From Lingula anatina (Eukaryota > Animalia > Brachiopoda): 64,000 nt of DNA. A model generated the notes under the pieces. That model made no database searches. It had not been told where the DNA came from and was given only the letters and a program-made list of their open reading frames with translations. Positions 11,251 through 22,789 of the stretch are shown here, piece after piece; the stretch's first letter is position 1; each line of letters starts with the position of its first letter. The position numbers and the translations under genes are program-made. The stretch lies in assembly GCA_051362555.1 (NCBI GenBank), contig CM120641.1:3038001-3102000 (forward strand), in the 5' to 3' direction.

Positions 11251-13401
11251 ATTTGGTACGGTTTAGAACTATGATTTAGCTAGTCAAAATTCTAATTTCA
11301 AGATGGGGATAATGGTATGATATTTTTTCAGAAACCGAAGGGGGGACCCCCCTGCCCCCCTCGAAATCTGCCACCGAGTAGGCGAATATTCCACGTCTTC
11401 CTCTTCAGAATCTCCGTTAGAGTCGTCCATGCGGCTTTGTTTACATTGCTAGTCCTGGTGGGAAGATCACGTGACCCCCTTTCCGTTGTTTTGATTGGTT
11501 AAAAGGATCCAACGGCAGGATATTTAGTACAATCGCGATTGTCGCGGTGTGAAATATCTTGTGGAAATTTTTTAACTGATTATCTTCGTGCACAGTGAAA
11601 ATTGTCTGACCCTGTGATTCTTTTAAGGCAATGAAACGATAATCCACTGTAGGTAGGCACCAAACACCAAAAATAAATCGGGGCGAATTTGATTCGAGGT
11701 CAAGACGTCACGGCAGCGTTTTTGCTCTGAAAATAGTATTTTTGATTTCAAGATCTTCACCTGAACCGCTATCAACACTGTTTTAACGCATGTTTAATCA
11801 CAGCTAGAAGTGCTACAATCTCTTGCTAGGAAAATCTTTTTGAAAAGCTTCCGATTTTATCAGTAGCCTAAAGAGACGAAATAATGCCTCTGGTACATCG
11901 CAATTAACGGTCCGCAGCTCATAATAAAGAAAATTATAAAAGCGAACGTAGGCACCATATGTTGTAGTGCACACCTTTTATGAAAATATCTTACTTAGGT
12001 CCGGAGTCATCTTACACAAACTTACAATGCAGTTAAACTGACAATAAACGGGGGCGTAGCATAAAAGCACAAGCGTTTGCAGTTGTGAATAAAAGAACGA
12101 AAAAGGGGATTTTTGTTGAATTTTATTGCGTTAATACATAGAAAAATATTTTACATAAACGGGAGGGGAGCAATTTTGATCAATTTAGGCCAATTTAATG
12201 TATTGATCTATTAAAGTGATAGAAGATTCATAAACAGGGATCACATTTGTAGGATAAGACAGGGCCGTAGCCTCCCTGGGATTTGAGGTGCAAAAAAAAA
12301 AAATAATCGCAAAGGTAAAAAAAAAAAAAAATAATAATTGCAAAGTTGGTATCAATTCTGTGAGAAAATGCACTCATGGCCACAGGACAATCATTCAACA
12401 ATCTGTTTACAAATGTGTAGTTTTTAGCCAACTCAGTTCATGCCAAAAAGCTCATCCTCATTAATGTGAAATATGAATGTGAATTTCAGACATTCTGGAA
12501 GCCAAGGCTTCTATAAAAACCAAGTGAATGAATGAATGAATAGTATTAAAACTAGGGGCAATTATATTCCACTAGGACCCGGGATCAATAACGTCTGAGC
12601 CTAAATTGTAAGGAAACGAATGAGATGCTTTCAAAATAAATTGAATTTTGCAATTTGTTACCATTTTATGACATCCAAAAACTTATAAAAGGAAGGCAGG
12701 AATGAATTTAGTCCCGATGAAATGTGCATGATAATGTGGAAAACGTGTTTAGACAAAATGTTTAGAATGAAAAAATATATACTTAAGTAAATGTTGTACG
12801 TTTTGGACATTCAAAAAATCCAAAAGTATTGGAAACGCGGCGAAAGTCTGTTTTCCATGGGTATTCTCCATGGGTACACTGTGCTTCATTCAAAGGGTTG
12901 TGCGTGACCTTGAAAACTTACATAATATTTACAGATTAGATTGTTGACTATAAGAAATGTAGGTGAGGCAAAGGAGAACAAAGGCGCCTGATGCGCAGAA
13001 TAAGTTTGGCTAGCATTGGAGAGGTTGTAGGTGAGTTGGAAAAGAGTATGTGGGTTAGTGTCTATAGGACATTTATTTGTTTATCTTACTTTAATGTGAC
13101 ATATGGCAATTGTTTACATATAGAAAAAAACATTTGTATGAACCGCTGGTTGATAAAGGTAAAATATGTCATAGATAATATCAACACCTTACATGTATAT
13201 TTCAATCACAGAGGATTGCAAATGTAGTAAATGGAATTTTAATTCCACCTTTCTTTAAAATCTTATCTTAGTAATAAATTCGAAAGTGTCTGTAATTAGT
13301 AAATGTTTAGGTTATTTTGGGCTACTCAGAATTAGGAGCGTCTTAGATGGTATCTCTTGTGCAAAAAGATAACAAGTGAAGTGAACGATGCAATCATTAA
13401 A

Positions 13402-13597
13402 ATGGCATGCAAAAATGGTGCTGGTTCCCTTGCCTCCGACTTTGAAAGGAAAACTTCCATGGATCCGTCATACAGACCGAAGAAGTTAAAGACAACCGAC
13501 ACGGAAGTGAAGAGCACTGATCTCAACTACAAACATGAATCGAGAGTCCTTGTCCTGTACACAGGTGGAACGATTGGCATGCGTATTCACGATGGAG
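13402..13597 (+). CDS. ASPG: ASPG first coding exon, variant a (distal)
   Basis: 196 nt, MACKNGAG...[19 protein letters not shown], phase-1 donor G|GTAGGC compatible with exon 2 at 21439. A probable upstream leader exon has a GTGAGT donor at 13031. Confidence 0.7.
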
Positions 13598-14000
13598 GTA
13601 GGCCCCTAACAGAAATGACGCAATATTTGATCATAATCTTTTGATCACTTTGTGAAAAAACAATTAAGACACCCTAATCTAATTTTATTAAAGCAGAGTG
13701 TGTGTCGGTGTTTATAAAAAGTGTATATACATATGATGTATTTGCATGTTCATTTTTAGTTTCGTTTTCGTTTTTTTCTGACTCAATGCCGGTTGTCACG
13801 TATTACTGTGCGTTTTATCTTGTACCTTACACGTAACGTACTTGATCACCTATGAGTCATCGATTCACCTCATGACCTGCACGTACACTACATCCTTAAT
13901 TTAATGGTCTCATTCCTTACACAGCTGTGGACGAATATTCCTAATTAAAATAATTCCTAATTAAAATGAATAAACAGATATGATAAAAGGTTGGTCACCC

Positions 14001-15447
14001 CCAGAAATGCATTGCATGGCGTCACGCCTAGCCCACTGCACATGCGTGCATTTTTAATGAGTTGCTAGATTGCCATAGGAAAATGAATGGGTTCGCGATT
14101 CGTGGGCCCATGGCGGATAATCGACAAACTAACGGCCTGATGCCGATAGACAGCAACGCTGTGCTATGCTTCAAGCAACTCCTGACCAAATATCGCAAGT
14201 GTTTTTAAAAAAATTCTGTTGTACACACGTGCTAAGAAGTTAACCGTGCATTGCCTAGCCTACCCTCAACAAAACGCAAATATTGTCAGAAATAGTGATT
14301 TAAGACGGTAGATTCACTCAGAAACAAAGGCAAGCTAATTCGTTGCCGATAGCACCAGCAAATGGCAGCACCATACAGAGTCTGATTAAAAACTTTCATG
14401 GCAATTGAAGAACTTTTACCACTGTACAATGGAGTCCAAAAAGCACTTGGCACAAATGTAGAGCTGCCCAGTGCAAGGTTAAGAATTCAATCAGTATTTT
14501 CAATCATATTATCAGATTCTACATAAATTGACTGACAATATCACTATTTAACTAATCTCTTAATCCAAAATTCCTATCATCATTTAGTAATTATGCAAAA
14601 TTCGTCTTTCAGATTGCTATTTATTTTAATTTTTAATGCTTCAACTGTTCCAAAATAATCTTGTAGTAAAGGAAAAATGCAAATAAGAAGTGGAAGACCA
14701 ATTTTACCCAAATTATTCATTTATTTGAATATAAAAAGAATTAGATCACGATTTAACAACTTAAAATAATCTAGCTTTCATGAACTCTTTCATGAATAAC
14801 ATATTAAACAAAAATAAAAATTATAAATTAGTGGTAATGGCTTATTCTGGAATATATTAACTCTGCACATCATCAGTACCTGACTTGGTACAGTATAGTT
14901 ACTACTTGGATACAGAGTTAGATTTAATAATGTAACATTAAGAACAATATATATATATATATTACAATAAACTCCTCTGCACATGTCAGACGCTTGTTAC
15001 CATGAACTAACACTACTTGACAATGGGCTGCCCAAAAGCTACCTTATAAAACAAATGCGTAAAGAGATGAATGTGATTTGTCATGTGCAACGTACTCCAG
15101 GACCACATGATGGGGCTGAGATAGATGTTGAATCTGAGCTTATTTTGCCATCAAATCCTATTTGGCTGACAACCCTGATATTGAATGTGGTAGTAGGCCA
15201 AGTTTCAAGGTTAAATTCTGTGGTGATGGAACCACTATATCTAGAAATTCTAATATGTGTGTTATGAGCTTTTCAGTATTTTCACCTCGGTACCCTACTA
15301 CCAGTCCAAGTAGTCAATTTTGGCTCCTCCAGCACTTATCACAGAGTCTGTGTGCGATGCCATTGTTGTGCTGTGATTGCCTAGTTGAGTCACGTGAAGC
15401 CCTACTGTTGCGCCCTCGCGTATCGCGTGAATGCTGCGCATTTCTGG
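14001..15447 (+). mobile_element. Degenerate DNA transposon remnant at a duplication junction
   Basis: 10-bp inverted ends CCAGAAATGC/GCATTTCTGG. Frameshifted coding remnant 14983-15310 (SDACYHELT...LPKSYLIKQ...FKVKFCGDGTTISRNSNMCVMSFSV) resembles the first catalytic-Asp strand of Transib/RAG1/Chapaev-like transposases; family uncertain. Confidence 0.55.
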
Positions 15448-15566
15448 CCTTGATGATATAGTAGTAAATGTTATTTTGGGCTACTCAGAATAGGGAGCGT
15501 CTTGATGGTATCTATTGTGCAAAAAGATAAGAGCATGTGAAGTGGACGGTGCAGTCATTTTAAAAA

Positions 15567-15762
15567 ATGGCAGGCAATGGTGCTTGTTCTGTTGCCTCCG
15601 ACTTTGAAGAGAAATCTTTCTCCATGGATCCGTCATACAGACCGAAGAAGTTAAAGACAACCGACACAGAATTGAAGAGCACTGATCTAAACTACAAGCG
15701 TGAATCGAGAGTCCTTGTCCTGTACACAGGTGGAACGATTGGCATGCGTATTCATGGTGGAG
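15567..15762 (+). CDS. ASPG: ASPG first coding exon, variant b
   Basis: 196 nt, MAGNGACSV...[14 protein letters not shown], phase-1 donor G|GTAACA; part of duplicated block ~15455-16960. Confidence 0.6.
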
Positions 15763-16980
15763 GTAACAGTAATGACGCAATATTTGATCATAATCTTTTG
15801 ATCACTTTGTTAAAAACAATTCAGACAACCTAATCTAATTTTATTTAAGCAGAGAGTGCGGAGTTTATTAAAAGTGTATGTACATATTATGTAATTGCAT
15901 GTTAATTTCTAGTCGTTTTTTTCTGATTCAGTGCCAGTTGTCACGAACTACTTTGCCTTTTATCTTATACCGTACACGTAATCATTAACGTACTTAATCA
16001 TCTATGAATCATTGATTCACCTCATGACTTGTATATACACCACACCCTTAATAGTCTCATTATCCTTAATTGAAAGAAAATAATTTGAAAAAGAATTATT
16101 TGCATAATGAGTTTTTTATTACTTAATGAAAAAGAAAGACACAAGGACTGAAACCAATGCAAGTTTGAGGAACGTGTATCCAGTAATATCAAATGTATAT
16201 CTATAAAAACGTCTGTTAATCAGATAACTATTTCACCCGTTGTTTTGGCAATAACATGTGCATAGCGAAACAGCAAAGTAAGGCGGTCTCTTTCATCCAA
16301 TTGAAGCTTTGATAGGCATTGTCCAGCACGAGACTGAATTCTTTCTTCATTTTATTTCATTTTTATAAAAAAAAGAAACTCAAACTGTGAACCTTCATCA
16401 ACTTCATGCACTTTAGCCAACTCGTGGTCGTGAGAAACAGATGTACGAAAATTTTCAGAACCCGCGTAATAAAACAGTAGGGTTTATGTTGCAGTTGTTA
16501 ACTTTAGTACTCCTGACACTGTGTGGACAATTATTTCCTCTCTCCTGGATTATAAGTTAGCCAGGGACTACCTTTAAATTACCCTCTGCCAGGGTGACAG
16601 ATTGATTTTCCACAGATATTCACAGATATGTCTATAGATAAATAGGCAGTCATTTTGGCTCTCAGTCGATTCAGCAATTCAGCAAAAATGTCCACAATAA
16701 TAACTGCGGCCCTGGTAGAGAGTACGTATACCTTTAAATCCAATTTTACTAGTTCCGGTCAACCCGTTTCCCTTCCTCACTTCGTTTTCATTTTTGCCGG
16801 CTATGCACCGACGGAATATTTCAAGTTCAGCGATGTCATTTTTCTAAACAAAAGACTTAGCCACAACTTGCACACAACTGATAATGAAGAAACAGATCAT
16901 CAAGTCTTTAAAAAACGCAAAAAGCATGAGCACATGTGTTGCGGCCATTTTGTCATGTAAGGGTAGAAGTATATATTTTG

Positions 16981-17094
16981 ATGCATCTTTGAAGATCTAC
17001 ATTATAGTTGTAAAATACAATCCGAGCTTTCGGCCCCTGGGCCTTCTTCGTGGATTGTATTTTACAACTATAATGTACATCTTCAAAGATGCAT
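16981..17094. repeat. 43-bp-stem hairpin with 28-nt loop
   Basis: Arms 16981-17023 and 17052-17094 are reverse complements with one mismatch. Confidence 0.92.
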
Positions 17095-17108
17095 AAATAT
17101 TTACACTT

Positions 17109-18040
17109 CGATACATACGTTAACATGTAGCGTGTAAATACTTTTATTTTTGTTGTTTGTTGTCCGTTTTGTGAGCAAACGCCTTTATCTTACGGTATAC
17201 TACATTACAATAAAAAGAAAAGATATATATATATATATTTATTACATTGTTTGTTGTCCTTTGTCACTACTCTGTGGGTGCGTGCGACGTTGTATATGTG
17301 CGCACGTATGTTTTTACGTCGCTCCTTCTTTGTTACGTAAATATGATACATACGTTAATCTACCGATACATACGTTACCATGTAGCGTGTAAATACTTTA
17401 ATTTGTATTGTTTGTTGTCAGTTTTGTGAGCAAACGCCTTTTTCTTACGGTATACTACATTACAATAAAAAGAAAAAGCAGGGCAAGCAAAGATTACTTG
17501 GCTTGAAACCGTTTGTTGAAATTGTTTATATCAAAAATACGTTACCGATACATATGTTACCAAAAATATGAAGTTGTTGTATTCTAATTTCATTGATTGT
17601 ACTCTGTTGCCACGACTTTGTGATTGCGTGCGACATTGTATATGTGTGTCGCTCATTCTTCTTTGTTACGTAAATATGATACATATGTTACCGATACATA
17701 CGTTACCATGAAGCGTGTAAATATTTATTTATTCCATTTTCATTGGTTGTCTTTCATTTTGTGGGCCAACACTTATGTCTTAATGTTACATTAAAATAAA
17801 AGAAAACGAGACAAAAAAGATTTCTTGCCTTCAGCTATCTGCGAAAAATGTTCACATGATATATTTGTTACCGGTACATACATATATATATCGACGTGAA
17901 GATATTTTTTTTATTTCATTGTTTGTTGTCCTTTGTCACTACTCTGTGGGTGCGTGCGACGTTGTATATGTGGGCACGCATGTTTTTACGTCGCTTCTTC
18001 CTTTCTATGTAAATATGATACATACGTTACCGATACATAC
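17109..18040. repeat. Diverged tandem repeat, about three units of ~255-340 bp
   Basis: CGATACATACGT recurs at ~17109, 17364, 17692 and 18031 with shared GCGTGCGAC and GTAAATATGATACATA blocks. Confidence 0.8.
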
Positions 18041-18316
18041 GTGACAGTCACAACCGATGGCCAATATGCTGTCGACAAAGGAAAACTAAGGCGCCTATTG
18101 CGCAGAATAAGTTTGGCTAGCATTGGAGAGGTTGTAGGTGAGTTGAAAAAGTATGTGTTTATGGGTTAGTGTCTTTAGGCCAATTAATTGTTCATCTTAC
18201 TTTAATGTGACATATGCCTATTGTTTTTTCATATATAGATAAAACCACTTGTATGAACCGCTGGTTGATAAAGGTAACTTATTTCATAGATAATATCAAT
18301 ACCTTACATTTCAATC

Positions 18317-18449
18317 GGGGCCGTGACAATAGTCTGAAGGTTCAATAGTTCGAAGGTTTATTGGTCCGAATGTTCACTACAGTATTAAAAAATGATGAAC
18401 ATGTTGCCATTTTTCGGACCAGTGAACCTTCGGACTATCGAGACGCCCC
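18317..18449. mobile_element. Small MITE with 9-10-bp TSD (Mutator-like)
   Basis: GGGGCCGT...ACGCCCC ends, subterminal ~16-bp repeats (TAGTCCGAAGGTTCA-like), flanked by (C)ATTTCAATC on both sides; empty site near 13200. Confidence 0.75.
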
Positions 18450-18680
18450 CATTTCAATCACAGAGGATTGCAAATGTAGTCGGAGTGGAATTTTAATTCC
18501 ACCTACAACCTTTCTTAAAAATCTTATCTTAGTAACAAAAGTGTCGAAAGTGTCTGTAATTTAAAAATGATATAGTAGTTAATGTTATTTTGGGCTACTC
18601 AGAATAGGGAGCGTCTTGATGGTATCTATTGTGCAAAAAGATAAGAGCAAGTGAAGTGGACGGTGCAGTCATTTTAAAAA

Positions 18681-21600
18681 ATGGCAGGCAATGGTTCTTG
18701 TTCTGTTGCCTCCGACTTTGAAGGGAAGTCTTTCTCCATGGATCCTTCATACAGACCAAAGAAGTTAAAGACAACCGACACGGAAGTGAAGAGCACTGAT
18801 CTAAACTACAAGCGTGAATCGAGAGTTCTTGTCCTGTACACAGGTGGAACGATTGGCATGCGTATTCACGATGGAGGTAACAGAAATGACGCAATATTTG
18901 ATCATAATCTTTTGATCACTTTGTTAAAAACAATTCGGACAACCTAATCTAATTTTATTTAAGCAGAGTGTGCGGAGTTTATAAAAAGTGTATGTACATA
19001 TTATGTAATTGCATGTTCATTTTTAGTCGTTTTTTTTCTGATACAGTGCCAGTTGTCACGTACTACTTTGCGTTTTATCTTATACCGTACACGTAATCAT
19101 TAACGTACTTTATCACGTATAAATCATTGATTCACCTCATGACTTGTATATACACCACACCCTTAATGGTCCCATTATCCTTAATTGAAAGAAAATAATT
19201 TGAAAAAGAAACAGCAAAGTAAGGCGGTCATCAACTTCATGTGCACTTTAGCCAACTCGTGGTCGTGAGCAGTACGTGTAGAAACTTCTACATCACGTGA
19301 CGTCTACATCCCGCGATTACGTCGCGACCTGATATTCTATAACATAGTGCTTCAGCTAAAACATTACATGTATGTACATATGATGTAATTGCATGTTCAT
19401 TTTTAGTCGTTATTTTCTGATTCAGTGCCAGTTGTCACGTACTACTTTGGGTTTTATCTTATACCGTACACGTAATCATTTACGTACTTAATCATCTATA
19501 AATCATTGATTCACCTCATGACTTGTATATACACCACACCCTTAATAGTCTCATTATCCTTAATTGAAAGAAAATAATTTGAAAAAGAATTATTTGCATA
19601 ATGAGTGTTTTATTACTTAATGAAAAAGAAAGGCACAATGACTAAAACCAATACAAGTTTGAGGAACGTGTATCCAGTAATATCAAATGTAGGCTATGTC
19701 TATAAAAACGTCTGTTAATCATATAACTATTTCACCCGTTGTTTTGGCAATAACATGTGCATTGCAAAACAGCAATGTGAGGTGGTCTCTTTCATCCAAT
19801 TGAAGCTTTGATAGGCATTGTCCAGCCCGAGACTGAATTCTTTCCTCATTTTATTTCATTTTTATAAAAAAAAAAGAAACTCAAACTGTGAGCCTTCATC
19901 AACTTCATGCACTTTAGCCAACTTGTGGTCGTGAGAAACAGATGTACGTAAATTTTCAGAACCCGCGTAATAAAACAGTAGGGTTTATGTTGCAGTTGAT
20001 CATAATGATAACTTTAGTACTCCAGACACTGTGTGGACAATTATTTCCCCTCTCCTGGATTATAAGTTAGTCAGGGCCTACCTTTAAATTACCCTCTACC
20101 AGGGTGACAGATTGATTTTCCACAGATATTCACAGATATGTCTATAGATAAATAGGCAGTCATTTTGGCTCTCAGTCGATTCAGCAATTCAGCAAAAATG
20201 TCCACAATAATAACTGCGGCCCTGGTAGAGGGTACCTTTAAATCCAATTTTACAAAAGTTCCGGTCAACCCGTTTCCCTTCCTCACTTCCTTTTCATTTT
20301 TGCCGGCTATGCACCGACGGAGTATTTCAAGTTCAGCGATGTCATTTTTCTAAACAAAAGACTTAGCCACAACTTGCACACAACTGATAATGAAGAAACA
20401 GATCATCAAGTCTTTAAAAAACGCAAAAAGCATGAGGACATGTGTTGCGGCCATTTTGTATTAGGGTATCACGAAAACGAAAACGAGACTACTAATTACG
20501 TCATACAGGAATCCCCCAACCTCAGCCAGTCACAAAATAGTACTTGTAAGTGAAACCATAGAAGTAGAGACCTTCTATGGCGAAACTGAGGTCAATAAGT
20601 TATGTATAATAAGCTGGGAACTCCCCGGGATTTTTATCCAACCTCTCTTAGGCCCCTATTTCACACAGGGGGCCGTAGCGATAGTCCGAAGGTTCAAATA
20701 GTCCGAAGGTTCATTGGTCCGAATGTTCACTATAGAACCTTCGGACCAATGAACCTTCGGACTTTCGAGACGCCCCCTCACACAGACCACGAATCCCACG
20801 AATCGCCAGGAATTGAGAAATTCCAGGATTTGTGAGGATTCGTGAGATTTTGCCAATTTTCTGGTCTAATTCGCTCACGATTCAGTTACGATACAGGTAC
20901 GATAGTGTTACGAATATTCGTGGGATTCGGCTGGAATCGTGAGATTTTGCCAATTTTCTGGTCTAATTCGACACGCTCACGGTTCAGTTACGATACAGGT
21001 ACGATAGTGTTACGAATATTCGTGGGATTCGGCTGGAATCGCACGAATATTGTCCAGAAATTCACTACGATTTTTTGGAATCTGGAGTTCGTGGCCAAAA
21101 CTTTGAACAACTTAAAAATTTTGCCACGAATTCCCGATTGATCAAGAATTGCAAGAACTGACTACGATTATATACGAATCTGTTAAGAACTTCACGAATC
21201 GTGAAATTTGTCAATTCCTGGCCATTCTTGGGATTCGTGGTCTGTGTGAAATTGGGGCATTATCAGACCGAGACGAAATTTGTCAGGCATGTCCGACGGT
21301 CCGACGCCTTTCGTAAAGTCAGGGTTTATGTCATAATCACACCTCATCCTTGCATTTGATTATATTCATGGTTCATTTTGCATGTTATTCAGCATTAGTA
21401 AATAACTTAATTGATATGGTATTATATTTTCTTTATAGTTTATACCCCAGAACCAAACTTTCTTGTGAATGAGTTAAGGAAATTATCAATATTCCACGAC
21501 CAGGAGTACTTAGATAAACACAGTATCTGTTATGGAGGTCAAACACCAACCCCATGGATGCAGTCACCATTGTGTATGCCGTGAGTAATTCATTTCAGAA

Positions 21601-22750
21601 GTAATTATGATGTGCCCCGGTAAAGTTACATTCAAAACCTTTAAAGATTTAGGAAAATATAGTGGCTCATTTATGTGACCCATCTGTTTTATTTCCAAGG
21701 TTTAAATTGGAATCGAGCTTTTAATTAAGAATTATAAAAAAAAAAAAAAACTATCAATTTGATCCCATGACAGTATTCACCTTTTCAAAGATAAAAAAAG
21801 AGACAAACCATCTTTTAACGCGTTTTGCGAAAATACATTTAAGTTATGAGAGTATCAGTTATAGGCATTATACACACAATATAAACAAAACATGAAGAAA
21901 AATAAATAATCTACATAATTTTTTTTTCAGTTTAAGCAAAGAAAAGAAAAATGTGATATACTGTGTGTATGAGTATGAGCCCCTGCTGGATTCCTGCAAT
22001 ATGACCATGGATGACTGGGCTAGGATTGCCTCAGACATTAAGGTAAATCTCAGAGTCCAGTGCACCTGCTTCTTTTTGAGTCCTTCCAGTATTACAAAAA
22101 GTGACAGTTTTTTTATATATTGTGTGCATGCTCAATTTTTTATTTTATTTATTTATTTATTTATTTATTTAATTCTGTAAACATGACAGTTTTTTTTTTT
22201 CATTCAGACTTACTATGAGGATTTTGATGGGTTTGTTATACTTCATGGGACAGATACTATGGCCTACACAGCATCAGCTTTGTCTTTCATGTTTGAGAAC
22301 CTGGGAAAACCTATCATTCTTACTGGCTCGCAGGTAAGTTTTTGTTCTCATTATTAAGGCATTAAAATATTTAAAGATGATATGTGTGAACTCACATTAG
22401 AACATGATAAAAATGCCCCTTCCCCAAACGTGGGCTCAAATACACTTTATGGATTCCATCACTTTACATGAAAGGCTGTACTCTTGATGTCAAAAACAGA
22501 AAACTTCTAGATAGTGTACACAAAAAACAAATATATGTTACATTAAACATGATCAATTGCCATTAAAAGTTTAACATTTATTACGTATCTTAAAATATAT
22601 GAATCTAAATTTTCAGCATGTGGTTTACTACCAAATGCTGTTTGCTTATTTATTCAGATCCCTATCTTTGAGACTCGTAGTGACGGCAGAGATAATCTTC
22701 TTGGCGCTCTCATTATGGCTGGAAACTACTGCATTCCAGAGGTAACACAT

Positions 22751-22789
<39 letters not shown>

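Larger units (their letters stand above)
15455..20465 (+). repeat. Tandem segmental duplication of the exon-1/intron-1 block (~15455-16960 vs ~18568-20465)
   Basis: Near-identical colinear sequence; the second unit has an extra internal partial repeat (~18990-19210 vs ~19370-19590). Confidence 0.9.

Noticed and set aside
15481-15780. Antisense ORFs over ASPG exon 1 (also 18595-18894, 57619-57873, 61336-61602)
   Set aside because: Shadows of the sense exon, repeated only because the block is duplicated.
16655-16960. 101-aa ORF as a separate gene
   Set aside because: Lies in duplicated ASPG intron 1; the frame is broken in the paralogous copies near 20165 and 47700.
17109-18040. CRISPR-like array
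   Set aside because: Units are long, diverged and the intervening sequences are also repeated; eukaryotic context with no cas genes.
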